A stretch of 64,000 nt of DNA from Eledone cirrhosa (GCA_964016885.1 OZ024742.1:196292001-196356000); one strand, 5' to 3'; shown: positions 12,625 to 26,368, counted from the first letter of the stretch. Numbers and translations are program-made. Notes: generated from the sequence alone by a model not told the origin.

Positions 12625-14415
12625 CATCATCATCACCGTTTTACGTCCGTTCTTCCACGCTAGCATGGGTTAGACGGGTTGTCCTGTTGTGGGCAGTGTC
12701 TGGTCGGCTGACCATGCCTTGCTCATACAGGAACTGATCTGGCTTGATTTCTACAGCTGGATGCCCTTCCTAACACCAACCTCATTTACAGTGAGTGCTG
12801 GGTGCTTTTTCGTGGCGCCTACACGTCCACTCTACAGTGTGGGCTGGGTGCTTTTTTGCCGTGGCACCTCCACGACCACCTTGCGGTGGGGGGAGTGGGG
12901 GCATATTGTTTATATGCTTCAGCATGTACCCATGGGAGGTCGGGTACCCTGTATTACTGCGTGACGCCAGAAGTCACGGTCGCGTGTCATTGACTGAGAG
13001 GTGTAGTTGGGTAGGGTCGGCTTTTATCACCTCATACCAAGTCATCTTGGGTCTCCCCACTCCGCGGTTTCCATCAACTTCTAGTGCTCTGCACCTTTTT
13101 ATGCAGCTGTCATCCTTCATACGCATCACATGTCCATACCAGCGTAACCGCCTCTCCTGCACGCAGCATTTGATTCCTCTTATGCTCAGTCTCTCTCTCA
13201 ATTCCTTTATGCTTTGCCGTTCACGTATATTACTGTTACACATCCATCGGAGCATGCAGGCTTCGTTTCTCTCTAATCTACGTAAGTCTTCCACCTTCAG
13301 CGCCCAGGTCTCACTACCATGCAACATCGCTGTTCGGATACACGCATCATACAGTCTGCCTTTCATTCTGAGGGAGAAGCCTTTTGCAGCTAGCAGTGGT
13401 AGTAGTTCCCTAAACTTCTTCCATCCCGTTCTTACCCTAGTTATTGTACTTTCTGAGCACCCACCTCCGCTGCTAATTCGGTCACCTAGGTAGCAGAAGC
13501 TGTCTACTGTTTCTACAGGGCCCTCCCAGAGATTGGTGGTACTTGTTTCCTGTGGCTGTTTGCTTGCTGTTTCAGCACAGCTGCTGCATGTGAATCCTAC
13601 ATTCTTAATTAAGCTTCCTGAGATCCCGCTACATCTCTTGTGTACCCATTGTTTGCATTTGGGGCAGAGAATGGAGTTCCTACCTACACCTTTCCTACAT
13701 ACTGAGCAAGGCCATTTCCCTGAGGGGATCTGGGTTCTGTTTTCTCGTCTACTTATAAGGACCTTAGTCTTTGTCATGTTGACTTTGAGGCCCTTTCTCT
13801 CTAGTCCCTGCTTCCAGGTTTGGAATTTATTCTCTAGTTCTACCATAGATTCAGCTATGAGTGCGAGGTCATCAGCATACAGGAGTTCCCATGGGCATCC
13901 GGTCTTAAACTCCTCCGTTATTGCCTGCAGGACTATGATGAACAGGAGAGGGCTAAGAACAGAGCCCTGGTGGACCCTAACCTGTACGCTAAATTCCTCG
14001 CTATACTCATTGCTAATCCTAACTTTGCTGACTGCTCCCCTATACATGGCTTGTACCGCTTTCACAAGCCATTCATCTACTCCTAGTTTTCTAAGAGCCC
14101 ACCAGATTACTGCACGTGAAACTCTGTCAAAGGCTTTCTCAAGGTCGACAAATGCCAAGTAGAGTGGCTTACTTTTAGCTAGGTACTTTTCCTGTAATTG
14201 CCTCACAAGGAAGAGGGCATCAGTGGTGCCTTTCCCTGGTACAAACCCAAATTGCATCTCGTCTATATTCACCCGGTCCCTAATCAACTGTGCTATAACT
14301 CTTTCTGTTACTTTCATGACCTGGTCCATCAACTTTATACCTCTATAGTTTCCTCTATCTAGTGCATCGCCTTTACCTTTGTAGCAGTTGACAATGATGC
14401 TACTGCACCAATCTT
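12624..14415 (-). mobile_element. RTE LINE subfamily A, 5'-truncated (RT, PHD and C-terminus)
   Basis: ORF 12974-14332 has QFGF, FVDLEKAFDRV, QGSVLSPLLF, YADD, FCYLG; (GAT)n tail; 5' end abuts (TA)n. Confidence 0.97.
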
Positions 14416-15179
14416 ATATATATATATATATATATAGCACAGCTGAATAAATTTAGTCAAATAATCTGGTAAATTAACAATACATATTTGCTAAAAACTG
14501 TCTAATATTTTACTGTTTTGAAATGTTCCACTATGATAGACCTGCCACTATTGCTCAACAACTAGGGCTACATTATACACAAGCTCTATAAAAATTAAAA
14601 ATTAAAATCAGTATTTTTAGAAAATAAAATTAAAAAAAAATCAGGTGACATGTTATGCTGGAGTAGATTTATACATGAGTGTATATTGTAAATGAAGGCA
14701 GTCAATTTGGTAAAGCTATTTGAGTGGTGGATATTAATAAGGGGCCTCTGTGTTCTGAGTTCAAACCCCACCAAGATTTACTGTTCTTACACAAAATTAT
14801 GTAAATTGTTTTATAGAAACAAAGCAAGTTTATGGCAAGTTAGTATCAAAGGGTTTAACCCTTTCATGACCTCATTTGTAATGAAATACACTATATTTTA
14901 ATCAATAAATGAAGAATTTTGAGGGATTTACTAAAATTATTAATTATTTCATTACTAAGATAGTAACTTAATGTAAGGTTCTTATATAAAATATAAATTG
15001 GAACCCTTTAAAATGGGCAGCTTTATTTCATAGAACCAGAGCCAGTTTTAACTAAAAGGTTAACATCCATTTTCCTTGTTAGCAATGTTTGGAATGGTTG
15101 TCACAGACTGAATCAATACTCAACCGAAGCTACTGACATCTCATGTATACTGTGTTTGTGTTTGTGTGTTTGTGTGTAT

Positions 15180-15210
<31 letters not shown>

Positions 15211-15285
15211 CAAATATATATGGAGAGAGAGTGTGTGTATATATATATATACTCTCTCTCTCTCCATATATATTTGTATATATAT

Positions 15286-15981
15286 ATCATCATCATCATC
15301 ATCATTTTACGTCCGCTCTTCCCTGCTTGCAAGGGTGGGACGGGTTTTATTCAGCACAGCATCTCTCCACTTGTCACGGTCCTTCGTCATCTCCACCGTG
15401 AGCTTCAGCGATCTGAGGTCTGTTCTCACCATCTCCGCCCATGTTTTTCGTGGTCTACCTCTACCACGTCTTCCTTCAACTGGCATTTCCTGGCACTTTA
15501 CCCATCGGTCATCCTCCATGCGCATCACATGTCCATACCACCTCAGTCTCCTCTCCCGTACACTACATTCTATCCCTCTCAGACACAGTTTCTCTCTCAA
15601 CACATTCATGCTGGGTCGTTCACGCACATTGACACTGCACATCCAACGGAGCATGCTTGCCTCATTTCTCTCCAGCCGTCGCATATCCTCTGCAGTTGCT
15701 GTCCATGTCTCACTACCATGCAGCATCGCGCTCCTCACACAGGCATCATACAACTGGCCTTTCGTACGCAGGGAGAAACCCTTCTTCGTCAGCAGAGGAA
15801 GCAGCTCCCTAAACTTCTTCCAACCCGTCCTTATTCTAGATACTATGGCCTCGGAACACCCTCCTCCCATGCTAATCTGATCTCCTAGGTACCGGAAGCT
15901 ATCCACGACTTCTATAGCACCCGCCTGCATTTGAAAAATGTGTCTATGAATGCGACTTCTACTGTCTAATTTCCCTGTACA
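15286..15981 (-). mobile_element. RTE LINE subfamily C, 3' fragment
   Basis: Encodes FRYLG..LHGSETW..RRLRWYGHVMRM; the ORF stops directly before the (GAT)n tail; inserted in a TA tract. Confidence 0.95.
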
Positions 15982-16426
15982 TATATATATACATACACAG
16001 AGACAGAGAGAGAGACAGAGAGAGAGAGAGAAAGAGAGAGATTGAATGACAAATAAAATAAAATTCATGACAGTAAACAAGAACCCAATTAACAAATTAC
16101 AATATTTCACGCAGAAAATTAATTATAATTTGAACATAAAATTGAAAAACTACATTGTCTGAATCAATGAAACACACACACGTTTGAAAGTGTTCAATAT
16201 AAAAGTAGAATATATTCTTTTATTCTTTTACCATATTGATCCGTCAGTCCGTCCGTCCGTGCGTGTGTGTGCATGAGTGTTTTCTTTTTTTTCAATTCAG
16301 GGATACTTTATCGATTCTTTTTTTTTTTTTTGAACCACCTGGTTGTGGGACATAGAAAAACACACACACACACACACACACAGCCACCCATTTTCCCACG
16401 CCAGGATGCGTTAGACAAGTTGTCTA

Positions 16427-16753
<327 letters not shown>

Positions 16754-17125
16754 TTAGACACATATTTCTAGACATGTAATAATATAATATGGTTGGGGAG
16801 AGATTTAGGACATTTCTAGACATAGAATATAAGTGTTAAGGAGAGAGAGATATTTAGGACATTTCTAGACATAGAATATGTGTTAGGCAAATTGAGAACT
16901 ATTTAGGTTAGATGTTACGTCAGTGGTCAACAGTTAACTGTTTACACCAGTGGTCAATAGTTAACTGTTTATGTTAGTGGTCAACAGTTAACCCTTTCAT
17001 TACGATATCTCTAATGTGAGACACTGCCTATAATCATCAAACAGAAGAAGGGCTGGGTTTATATCAAAATGGTTTCGGAGGGGAAAAAAAGCAGGGAGGG
17101 GGGGGGGGGGGGGGGGGGGGGCTCA

Positions 17126-17196
17126 AACTCATCGAAGATTGGAACTGGGGACCTCCCACATCTAAAGCAAGAGTCATAGCCCTATACCAACAAAGC
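17126..17196 (-). pseudogene. tRNA-Pro pseudogene
   Basis: Reverse complement gctttgttggtatagggctatgactcttgctttagatgtgggaggtccccagttccaatcttcgatgagtt aligns along eukaryotic tRNA-Pro. The anticodon position reads TAG and the stems are disrupted. Confidence 0.7.
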
Positions 17197-17587
17197 GAAC
17201 ATTGTGCAACAGTAAGACCAATTAATTCATACCTAAATATAGTTGTTTATCAATGGAGTAATATTTTAGGTCAAACAGCTGTGATATGTTATATATAGAA
17301 CACAGAAGTGTGTCAGGTTTACAACCTAAAAAAACAGTGTCACCTGAACTTTTAATTCTCTGAGGTTAATTAATCCTTGCTTTACCATATTTCTAATGAA
17401 AGACACTATTATTTCATGTTTCATTTACCTATAATTTTCTAAGTAGTTCTAAAAATATTAAAGAATTTTGAGTAATTTGGTAATATAGAACTAACTTATT
17501 ATCTACTGTTTAAAACAAAACTTATCAAAGGTTTTTTTTTACATAAGATTATGATGGAAGGTTTTCAGATAATAATAAAAATGAAAA

Positions 17588-18001
17588 TTATTGTGTACAG
17601 TGCTCAGGTGCACAACTCATAAAAGGTGCATGTATATAGTACATAGAATAATTGTTTCTACTTTTGGCACAAGGTCAGCAATTATCCCAGTGTATTACTG
17701 GTACTTTATTTTATCGACCCCGTAAGGATGAAAGGCAAAGATAGAATAATGTACAAAAGTCAGGGGAAAGTGAACAGTGTATGAACCATGATATATACAC
17801 ACAGACACACACATACGTGTCTATGGAGGGGAAACATTAGGTGTAGTGTTGGTGAATTTCAGGAAGCATAGAAGTTTTGAAGGATACAGTGTCCCGACAG
17901 CTAACAACTGATGCAGGTAGTTTGTTCCATGCTTCAGCAACTCTGAGCATGAAATAATGTTTCTGGAAGTCATGGGAGCTGTGCTGTTTTCTGATTTTGT
18001 A
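17588..18001 (-). mobile_element. CR1-like LINE 3' end with a SINE fragment (17653-17740) in the 3'UTR
   Basis: YKIRKQHSSHDFQKHYFMLRVAEAWNKLPASVV is a typical CR1 ORF2 C-terminus; TSD attattctat. Confidence 0.8.
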
Positions 18002-18369
18002 ATGTTTTGAACATAACTTAATAAAGGTTCTTACATAAAAATTATGAATTAAGGTTTTAGATAAATATAAACACTTGAAAATAAACAGTTTTCTATCATA
18101 GAACCAGGGTTGGTTCCATGCAGTTTGGTATCGTGTTAAATAAATTAATGATAGCACTCTAGAGCATGCATATATATGGCAAAGATCACATATATATGCT
18201 CCAGAATGGCAAGAACCTTAATGGTTTAAAGCAGCTGAAGAATTATATAACTGAAGAAATGTAATTGAGGTTGGGGTGAAAGAATGACTGGTGACAGAGA
18301 TGGAGAGAGAGGACTGTAAATATATATATATATACATACATATATATACATATATATATGATGGCTGCC

Positions 18370-19190
18370 CCTTTGTTATCAAGTATGGCCATTGCATGAT
18401 AAAAAAAAAACAACAATAATTAATGGTGCTGTGATCGAATATGGCATTTTAGCCCAGTGAATGATCTAAACTATCTTGCACAGAGTTGGCAACCATGATA
18501 AAAACATTCACTGGCTGTGGTTGTCTTCATGTACTTTTACATGTCGTTTTGGCCCTCTTGCTGATCTACACTCTTTTCCACATGCTTGGCAGGTATGATG
18601 AGTAGCATCTCCGACAGCAGCCTGTAGTCAACCACTGGTCTGACTTATGACTGTGAAGATGACTTTTTAGTCCCGCTTTGCTGAGGCAGAGTCTTGCACA
18701 TGTCAGCGCCATAGGAAGACCTTTGCTGTCTGGAAATATAACAGCAATGCCCTTCCTCACATCCCTTTTTACTTTCTTATATGCAATTTGAGATGCTTTA
18801 AAAGCAACTTTCCCCTCATGTACAGTCTTTCTCCATTTATTACTATCAGCAGCTATGCTTTCCCATGTATCAGCAGAGATGTTCAAGGAAGCTTTCAACG
18901 AATTCATATATCTCGTTTTGGGTTTATGTGGAGGTCTTTTGCCTTTAACTAACTCTCCATAAAAGAGTTGTTTTGGTATCCTAGAATCCTTCATCCTGGC
19001 AAGGTGACCACACCATCGGTGACTTTGCTTAAGCGCAAGAGCTTCTATGCTTTCACACAGAAAGCTTTCCAAAATCTCGACATCACTGATGTGGTTCCTC
19101 CAGTGAACGGCATGGGTCCATCTGAGACACATCTGATGGAAACATTCCAACTGTTTAAGGTGGTGTCGATGTGTGACCCAAGTCTCGCAG
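18370..19190 (-). mobile_element. RTE/BovB-like LINE 3' fragment with C-terminal C2H2-like finger
   Basis: CETW..LECFHQMCLR..RWCGHLARMKDSRIPKQLFYGEL..GKRP..; C-terminal CLSKAGLKSHLHSH. Confidence 0.85.
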
Positions 19191-19211
19191 GCACACACAC
19201 ACATATTATTA

Positions 19212-19437
19212 GTAGTACAGATTAAAGTTTAATCAAAGAATTTCTGCTTTCACCCTATTACAGGATCTTTGGAATCTGAGAAAAATCAATCTGTAGACAC
19301 AGAAGTAAATATATCAAAAAGACATATTTATATATATAAAATTTAATATAGAAGCCATTTCTATATTAATTTTTATATTTACACTCTACTAATGTATTGA
19401 GTACCTTACTGTAGTTACCCCCGATTGAATCCGGGAC
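19212..19437 (-). mobile_element. Penelope pLTR-like remnant, same family as 2678-2818
   Basis: cagattaaagtttaatcaaagaatttctgctttcaccc..caggatc matches 2689-2740; its other end matches 54728-54800 in reverse. Confidence 0.55.
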
Positions 19438-19486
19438 TCTCTCTCTCTCTCTATATATATATATCTATATATCTATATATATCTAT

Positions 19487-19808
19487 GGAGGCACATGGCT
19501 TAGTGGTTAGAGCATTGGCCTTGCAATCGAAAGGTTGTGAGTTCAATTCTCAGACCAGGTGATGTGTTGTTTCCTTGAGCAAGACACTTTATTTCACATT
19601 GCTCCAGTTTACTCAGCTGTAGAAATGAGATGATAGGGACTGGGGTCCCTATCATTCCACTGCAAAGTGGTCGTGGAGGTGCCACGGCAAAAAAGCACCC
19701 AGCACTCACTATAAATGAGGTTGGTGTTAGGAAGGGCATCCAGCTGTAGAAATCAAGCCAGAATCAGTTCCCGTCCCACCCTTGCAAGCAGGGAAAAGCG
19801 GACGTTAA

Positions 19809-19852
<44 letters not shown>
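19487..19852 (+). mobile_element. SINE family 2, full length with long (GAT)n tail
   Basis: tRNA-like head, internal hairpin atgatagggac-tggg-gtccctatcat, RTE 3'UTR-derived tail. Confidence 0.93.
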
Positions 19853-20017
19853 CTATATCTATATATATATCTATATATATCTATCTATATATATATATAT
19901 ATCTATATATATCTATCTATATATATCTATATCTATATGCAAGCGTGGAACACGGACGTTAAACGATGATGATGATGATGATATATATATATATATATAT
20001 ATATAAAAATCACCATA

Positions 20018-20190
20018 TAGGTGACACATCAACCAACTAGATAAGTTTCATAAAGGTTTGTCTTTAGGCAATCTGTGAGTACACACTCGAAGAGAAAATG
20101 TCTAACGCTGACCTCTTCACTAAGTGCAAAATTGGATATACCGAGACCTTTCTTATGCAATCACAACTATGCTGGGCTGGTCATGTCAAG
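20018..20190 (+). mobile_element. Degenerate RTE/BovB-like fragment
   Basis: Translates as HINQLDKFH..FLMQSQLCWAGHV. Confidence 0.55.
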
Positions 20191-20956
20191 TGCTGTATTG
20201 TGCTATATTATACAACACTGTGTTGTGTTGTATAATATACTGTTGTGTTGCACTGTGCTGTACTGTACTGTAATATAGTGTACTACACTATACTTTACTG
20301 TGGTGTTCAGTTCTATATAGAGTAACCAGGGGCGATGGAAGCATTTGGGGGGGGGGGGGCAGATTTGGTCAATTTAGTTGTAGTGATTAGTTTAGCTGTT
20401 ATCATCAAATATCAACCAAGATATATAAAAACTTCAATATGTGATGTACATAAATTGTAGCACATATACAAAAAGATGTGTGTTTTGGTAGTTTGGGGAT
20501 AAAAAATATAATTATTTGATGGAGTGGGGGAAGTTCCAACCAGACAAAGAAGTTGCTGTATAAGGCTTGCAGTTAGCTGGTTAAATATCTGTCATTTTAC
20601 CTTAGAGAGAATTTTAGTGGAATGTTTTATATGTCTATAAAATTAGAAGGACAAAAGGTACAGTTGAACTCAGCATTCAACTTAGAACATTAAAGGTTAA
20701 GAATTTGTTCAATGCTCTAACAACTCTGCCAATTTACTGCCCTCTACATCATCGTCATCATTTAACGTTTATTTTTCCATGCTTGCATGGGTTAGACAGG
20801 TCGTCCATGTTATGCTACGCTGTACGTTGCTCAAATGGAACTATTTTGGCTGGGATTTGTACAGCTGGATACCCTTCCTCACACCAACCTCATTTACAGT
20901 GAGTGTGTGTGTGTGCAGTCAATATGAAGCATTGTGAGATATAGAGATATATATGT

Positions 20957-21139
20957 AATAATTGTTTCTACTTTTGGCACAAGGCCAGCAATTACCCAGT
21001 GCATTACTGGTACTTTATTTTATCGACTCCGTAAGGATGAAAGGCAAAGTTAACCTCGGCGGGATTTGAACTTAGACCGTAAAGGGAAGTAACTATGTTA
21101 GAAAGCATGGCGTCCAACCCTCTACCGATACTGCCAATT
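20957..21139 (-). mobile_element. SINE family 1
   Basis: Reverse complement of 8735-8914. Confidence 0.9.
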
Positions 21140-22035
21140 CAATAATAATAATAAAATCATTCTTTCTAACATTGGGACAAGGCCAGCAATTTGGGGAAAG
21201 TCAATTATATCAACCCCAGTACTTAACTAGTATTTATTTTAGAGACAAATTCAAATAAAGTAAATCAGGAAAAACAAGTCTTAGATCTTTATCAGATTGG
21301 TGAAAAAATGCAAGCATTATATGTCCAATAACCAAACTATAGAAACAAAGTTAATACATTAGTTTGATGCTGAAATGAAGACAATTTTAGAAGCTTAATT
21401 GAAATAGCTCTATGTATTATCATCACCATTTTACATCTATTTTTCGTGCTTGCATCGGTTAGATGACTGCATCTCACTCATAAGTTTCATTCTGGCATAG
21501 TTTCTACATCTAGATGACCTTAACACTAACCCACTTCATGGCATGTACTACATGCATTTTACCATGGCACCAACACTACCAATTTGTAGTGTGGGTTTGG
21601 TGCATTTTATCATGGCATTGCCACCACAACATTACAGAGTGGGCCAAGTGCATTTTATCATGGCACCAACACAACCAGTTTTTTTGTCATTAGGTCACTT
21701 ATATCCTCAATCAGGCTGGGATAATAGTGATAAGGGTGGGTGGGTGAATGAGGGGGGATGACAGCAGGGTGTAGACTACATGTTACTTGCCAAGGGAGTG
21801 GAATAGAGGGAGAGGTGGTAACTATATATATATGTAAATATGACCTTTATTTCTCCAGTCAGTCCAGAAACACTCAGCAAACACCCCAAACTGAATGCCA
21901 ACCTGTACTCATTACTCCTGCCAAACCAAACCATACCACCCTCCAAATTCAGCAAACCAAATGCAGACCACCTTGGCATACCTAACAAAACCGCAACCAC
22001 CACCAAATATCTGTGTATGTATATATATATATATA

Positions 22036-22152
22036 TAATAGGAAAATGTTTAACCCCGACGGCAGAGCTCAAGCCGCTTCGACGGCTATTTCGTCGAAAT
22101 AGCCGTCATAACGGGTTGAGCTCTGCCGTCGGGGTTAAACATTTTCCTATTA
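22036..22152. repeat. 117-bp near-perfect palindrome centred on 22094
   Basis: 37-bp perfect outer arms and 13-bp perfect inner arms gacggctatttcg-t-cgaaatagccgtc; CpG-rich, inside (TA)n flanks. Confidence 0.95.
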
Positions 22153-23223
22153 CCCACTCTACTGCCCTAAGTATTGAGTACTCTAGTGCCTTATAGTCCA
22201 TCTGGTTCCTTACCACACTTCCTTCATTATATATATATATATATATATACGCATGTATGTATATATGTATGTGTATATATATGTTCATATATATTTCTAT
22301 ATATGTGTGTGTAAGTATGTATGTTTATACATATGTCCATATATATTTCTATATATGTGTGTGTAAGTATGTATGTTTATACATATGTCCATATATATTT
22401 CTATATATGTGTGTGTAAGTATGTATGTATATATGTACATACATACGTACGTATATATGTAACTGTAAGTATTAATGTATATATGTGTTAGTTGATAGGA
22501 TAATTAACATGTGGCTTCACTGAAACTGGAGTAGCAATCAAGTGAGATACACATAATAAATGTGACTACTACATGTATGGTATCACTCCATCAGTAAATA
22601 TTTGCTGCTATTTATATACCTATAAATATACAACCCAACATTAATATGTATACACACCCACAAATACACACATACATCTGTACACACACTGACACATACA
22701 TTCACACACCCATACATACACACACCCACAAAACATATACATGCACATATACAGACACACACAAGGGTTCAGATATAATCAGTTTGAACTGTTTACCTCA
22801 ACCTCACGAGTTCCATGAGAGAATGACTTTCTTTAACAATCAACAAACATTAACACTTACTTTCTCTATCTGTCTAGCTCTTTTATCACTCTCTCCCTCT
22901 CTATCTCTATATATCTCACACCCTCTCGCCCCCCTCTCTCTCTCTCATACATGTACTAGTTTAACAACTTTTGCTGAAAGATTAATCTCACGCCATCCTA
23001 CACCACATCTCTTTCAATTCCATCCATGCCATACCAACCTCCACTCAATGTTTAGTTAAGAGATCAGTCAGAGGTGAGAAAGGGAGAGAGAAAGGCAGAG
23101 AGAGAGAGAGAGAGAGAAATTGTGTTAATATAATCCACAATTTGTTTACCTTGTCTTTACATTTAATCATCATTTTATGTTGGTAAATGTTGGAATCTGT
23201 GCATCTATCAATCTATCTATCTG

Positions 23224-23258
<35 letters not shown>

Positions 23259-23289
23259 ATCTCTATGTATGAGTGTCTATCTATCTGTC

Positions 23290-23745
23290 TAAGGGCTGAG
23301 GTCAGACACCTTTCTCTCTGGCGAGCAACTGATTCGTTTTTTCAAATATCATTTTGGAAGAAAAATCAGGATGGAGAGAGAGGTGCTGTACCCCAGGATG
23401 GAGAGAGAGAGGTGCTGTACCCCAGCAAATTTTATAAAAGGTGGGTGAATGTGGCAAAGATGGCCCGAGTGGTTGGGCCTTCTCTTTATTTAAGCCTGTA
23501 GGTTGAGGAAAAAGAGGAAGAAAGGAAGGGAGTACTCACTCTTGGTGATCCTGGAGATGAGGGTTGTACATTTTTTCGGGGTGTGTACAACCCCTGTGTA
23601 GCGCCCCCCCCCCCCCCCCCCTATTGGGGATTTCAATTGTTATTTGTTATTTTATTAATAGTTTTATTTTCATATACCTGTATGTAAACTCCCCATTTGT
23701 ATTTGTCCCCTTCTTTTGTGCCCTTGTGGCTAATAAAGAAATGTA
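23290..23745 (+). mobile_element. Probable L1/Tx1-like LINE 3' end
   Basis: Frame ending EREVLYPSKFYKRWVNVAKMARV, then a 3'UTR ending gtggctaataaagaaat and simple repeats; family assignment is from recollection. Confidence 0.45.
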
Positions 23746-23964
23746 TCTATCTATCTATCTGCATGAGTATCTGGCTGTCAATTTGTGTCTGTCTGCCTGA
23801 GACTATGTGTCTGTATGTAAGAGTGTCTATCTATCTGTCTATCTGCACGAGTACTTGGCTGTTTTTCCGTGTGAATTTCCTCGTCAAGGGGTCTCACACA
23901 CAAGGACTCAAAAAGGCCATTACATGTTGGGGAAGAGACAGTGAGTAAAAGAGTCAAAGAGAGA

Positions 23965-24215
23965 GGCAGAGTGGATCAATGGGAGAGGCAGTGGGTCAAA
24001 GGGAGAGGCCCAGTGGGTCAAAGGGAGAGACCCAGTGGGTCAAAGGGAGAGACCCAGTGGGTCAAAGGGAGAGACCCAGTGGGTCAAAGGGAGAGGCACA
24101 GTGGGTCAAAGGGAGAGGCACAGTAGGTCAAAGGGAGAGGCACAGTGGGTCAAAGGGAGAGACACAGTGGGTCAAAGGGACACAGTGAATCAAAGGGAGA
24201 GACACAATGGGTCAA
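23965..24215. repeat. 22-bp minisatellite (cagtgggtcaaagggagagacc), about 10 copies
   Basis: Read directly from the sequence. Confidence 0.95.
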
Positions 24216-26109
24216 AGATAGAATGTGTAGAATGTGGAGTGGGTGTGGTTAAATGATAGGCTGTTATGATATGTGAATTAGTACAAAATATAGGGAGATA
24301 AATTTTCTGGTTCAAATTTTCTTTTGTCCTGCTGCAAGCCACATGTTTGAGACCACTGTGTGGGTTATGACTACAAAGAGCATGGCTAGACAGAAATATG
24401 TGTGGATTTCTACTACAGTGACTATAACTAGAAAGAAAGCAAGGATCAACTATCATAGGGTGCAGAACTATAGAGAGCAATACCTGTGACTTCTATAAAA
24501 GGGCTAAAGATGAACCCTCTATAGGATATATGAATCTTTGCCAATCCACCATGCTGGAGATACTTTATCCACCTCGATGGGAATTGAACTCAGAGCACAA
24601 AGAGCTGGAACAAATACTACATGGATTTTGCCCATTTGCTGCCTTCAGAGCTGAACTGGGGGTGATGATGTTCTTGGTGTTTACCAAAAACATCATCAGA
24701 AACTAAAAGGGGAAGGAGCCAATTGTCGGACCAACCAAAGAAACAATGTTTCCTTGGTCTTATACTATTTGCTAATACCATCTGCCAGTCACAACTCCTC
24801 AGAGGTGGAATTTGAACTTAGAACACAAAAAGATAGTTCAGATACTGTCTAATCCTTGAACAATTCTGCCAATCTACTGGCCTCTGGACAGGTACTTTAT
24901 CAAGCTCAAAAGGATGAAAGGCAAACTTGAACTCATAATGCAGTGAGCTGGAACAAATATTGAGGCATTTAATCCAACACCCTAGTGACTGCCAATTCGC
25001 TACCTTTAAGAAACCAAGAAATTAAGATGGCAACATTTTTGAGATGTTTCCATCACAACAGCCTTGTTCATTAAATCAGTCAAGATATTGGTGACACTAA
25101 ACTAACATCTGGTGACTTTGAAGAAGTTGAGCTTTCTGAGTTAGAAGAAATAACTTTTTTTTAAACCGAACTGTATGGAACCAGTGCTGGTTCTATGATA
25201 TAAAAATGTTTGTTTTAAAGCGTTTATATTTATCTAAAACCTTCAATAAAAATTCATTTAAGAACCTTTGTTTAGTTATGTTCAATCCAACAACTTAATA
25301 AAAAATAAACTATAATACTAAAGTTGAACTGGGATGCTTTTTGTTGTGGAACCAGTACTACCACTCTACAGAATGGACTGGGTGCTTTTTGTCATGGCAC
25401 CAATACTAACACCTTACAGGGTGGACTGGGTGCTTGTCATGGCACCGGCACATATGACTAGCTTTATGAAGTTTCTAATAAATTTATCCACAAAAGTAGT
25501 GCTGTACTTTTATTTATTTATCTATTCTTTACACAAAGTATTGGGTCTAGAACTGGAATTGATGAGTTAATATCTGTATACACAAAAGTTACAGTAGACA
25601 GTATTTACACCCAAAAGTACCACATAATTTAATAAAAAAGTAAACCATATGGTTGCAAAGCAAGCTTCTAAACCACACAGCCATACCTGCATTTAGCTTT
25701 TCCACAAATTTCTTTCTTCCACTATAATTAGACTAACCAATCAGTGTATACCTGTGTATATAATTCTGCTACGTTTCACTAAACTGGTTGCATGATTTGA
25801 TTTGATTGATTATAGTAAATCTTTTATACATAACATCCCTGATAGATACTCCATTAGATTAGTTGTTGCCTTTTGCAAACATTTTTCAGAGACCCTACAC
25901 ATATATTAATGTGTACATTTATAATGTACCATATATTTTGAAGTAGGTCCAGTAGATAAGTCAAACCTCCACTTTACATACAACATTTACAATCTACTAG
26001 ATATTTTGAATTGAGGTTTTGTAGGTCAAGTAATAAGTTATAAGCTGGTTTTTCATGTCACATTTTTATTGAAAAAGGTGCGACATACACAAGTATGTAT
26101 GGTTTGTAT

Positions 26110-26197
<88 letters not shown>

Positions 26198-26368
26198 AGG
26201 GGTAAACTAAACCAAATGAATATGACCTCAGATTTTTATACATATATATAGTTTCATATACTTAACCTGTACGTGTTACCATTGTTTTCAGGGTCCAGTC
26301 ATGGCCACCATTGTATATTGGAGTAGGCACTTTTAAAATGGCCCTTCTTTTGGACACGTGGATAAAGA

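Noticed and set aside
12795-14162. Long plus-strand ORFs antisense to RTE copies (also 2052-2696, 15143-15888, 30482-33574, 59837-60922)
   Set aside because: Shadow frames of the RTE ORF with no independent domain signal.
17094-17121. Long G homopolymers (also ~1184, 11209, 20346, 42756) as G-quadruplex elements
   Set aside because: Simple homopolymers with no supporting context; their lengths are error-prone.
21840-22196. 118-aa ORF spanning the palindrome
   Set aside because: Crosses a TA microsatellite and an inverted repeat; no recognisable domain.
23941-24256. ORFs over the 22-bp repeat, and other ORFs over (TA)n, (TG)n, (GAT)n and (GTT)n tracts
   Set aside because: Low-complexity translations.
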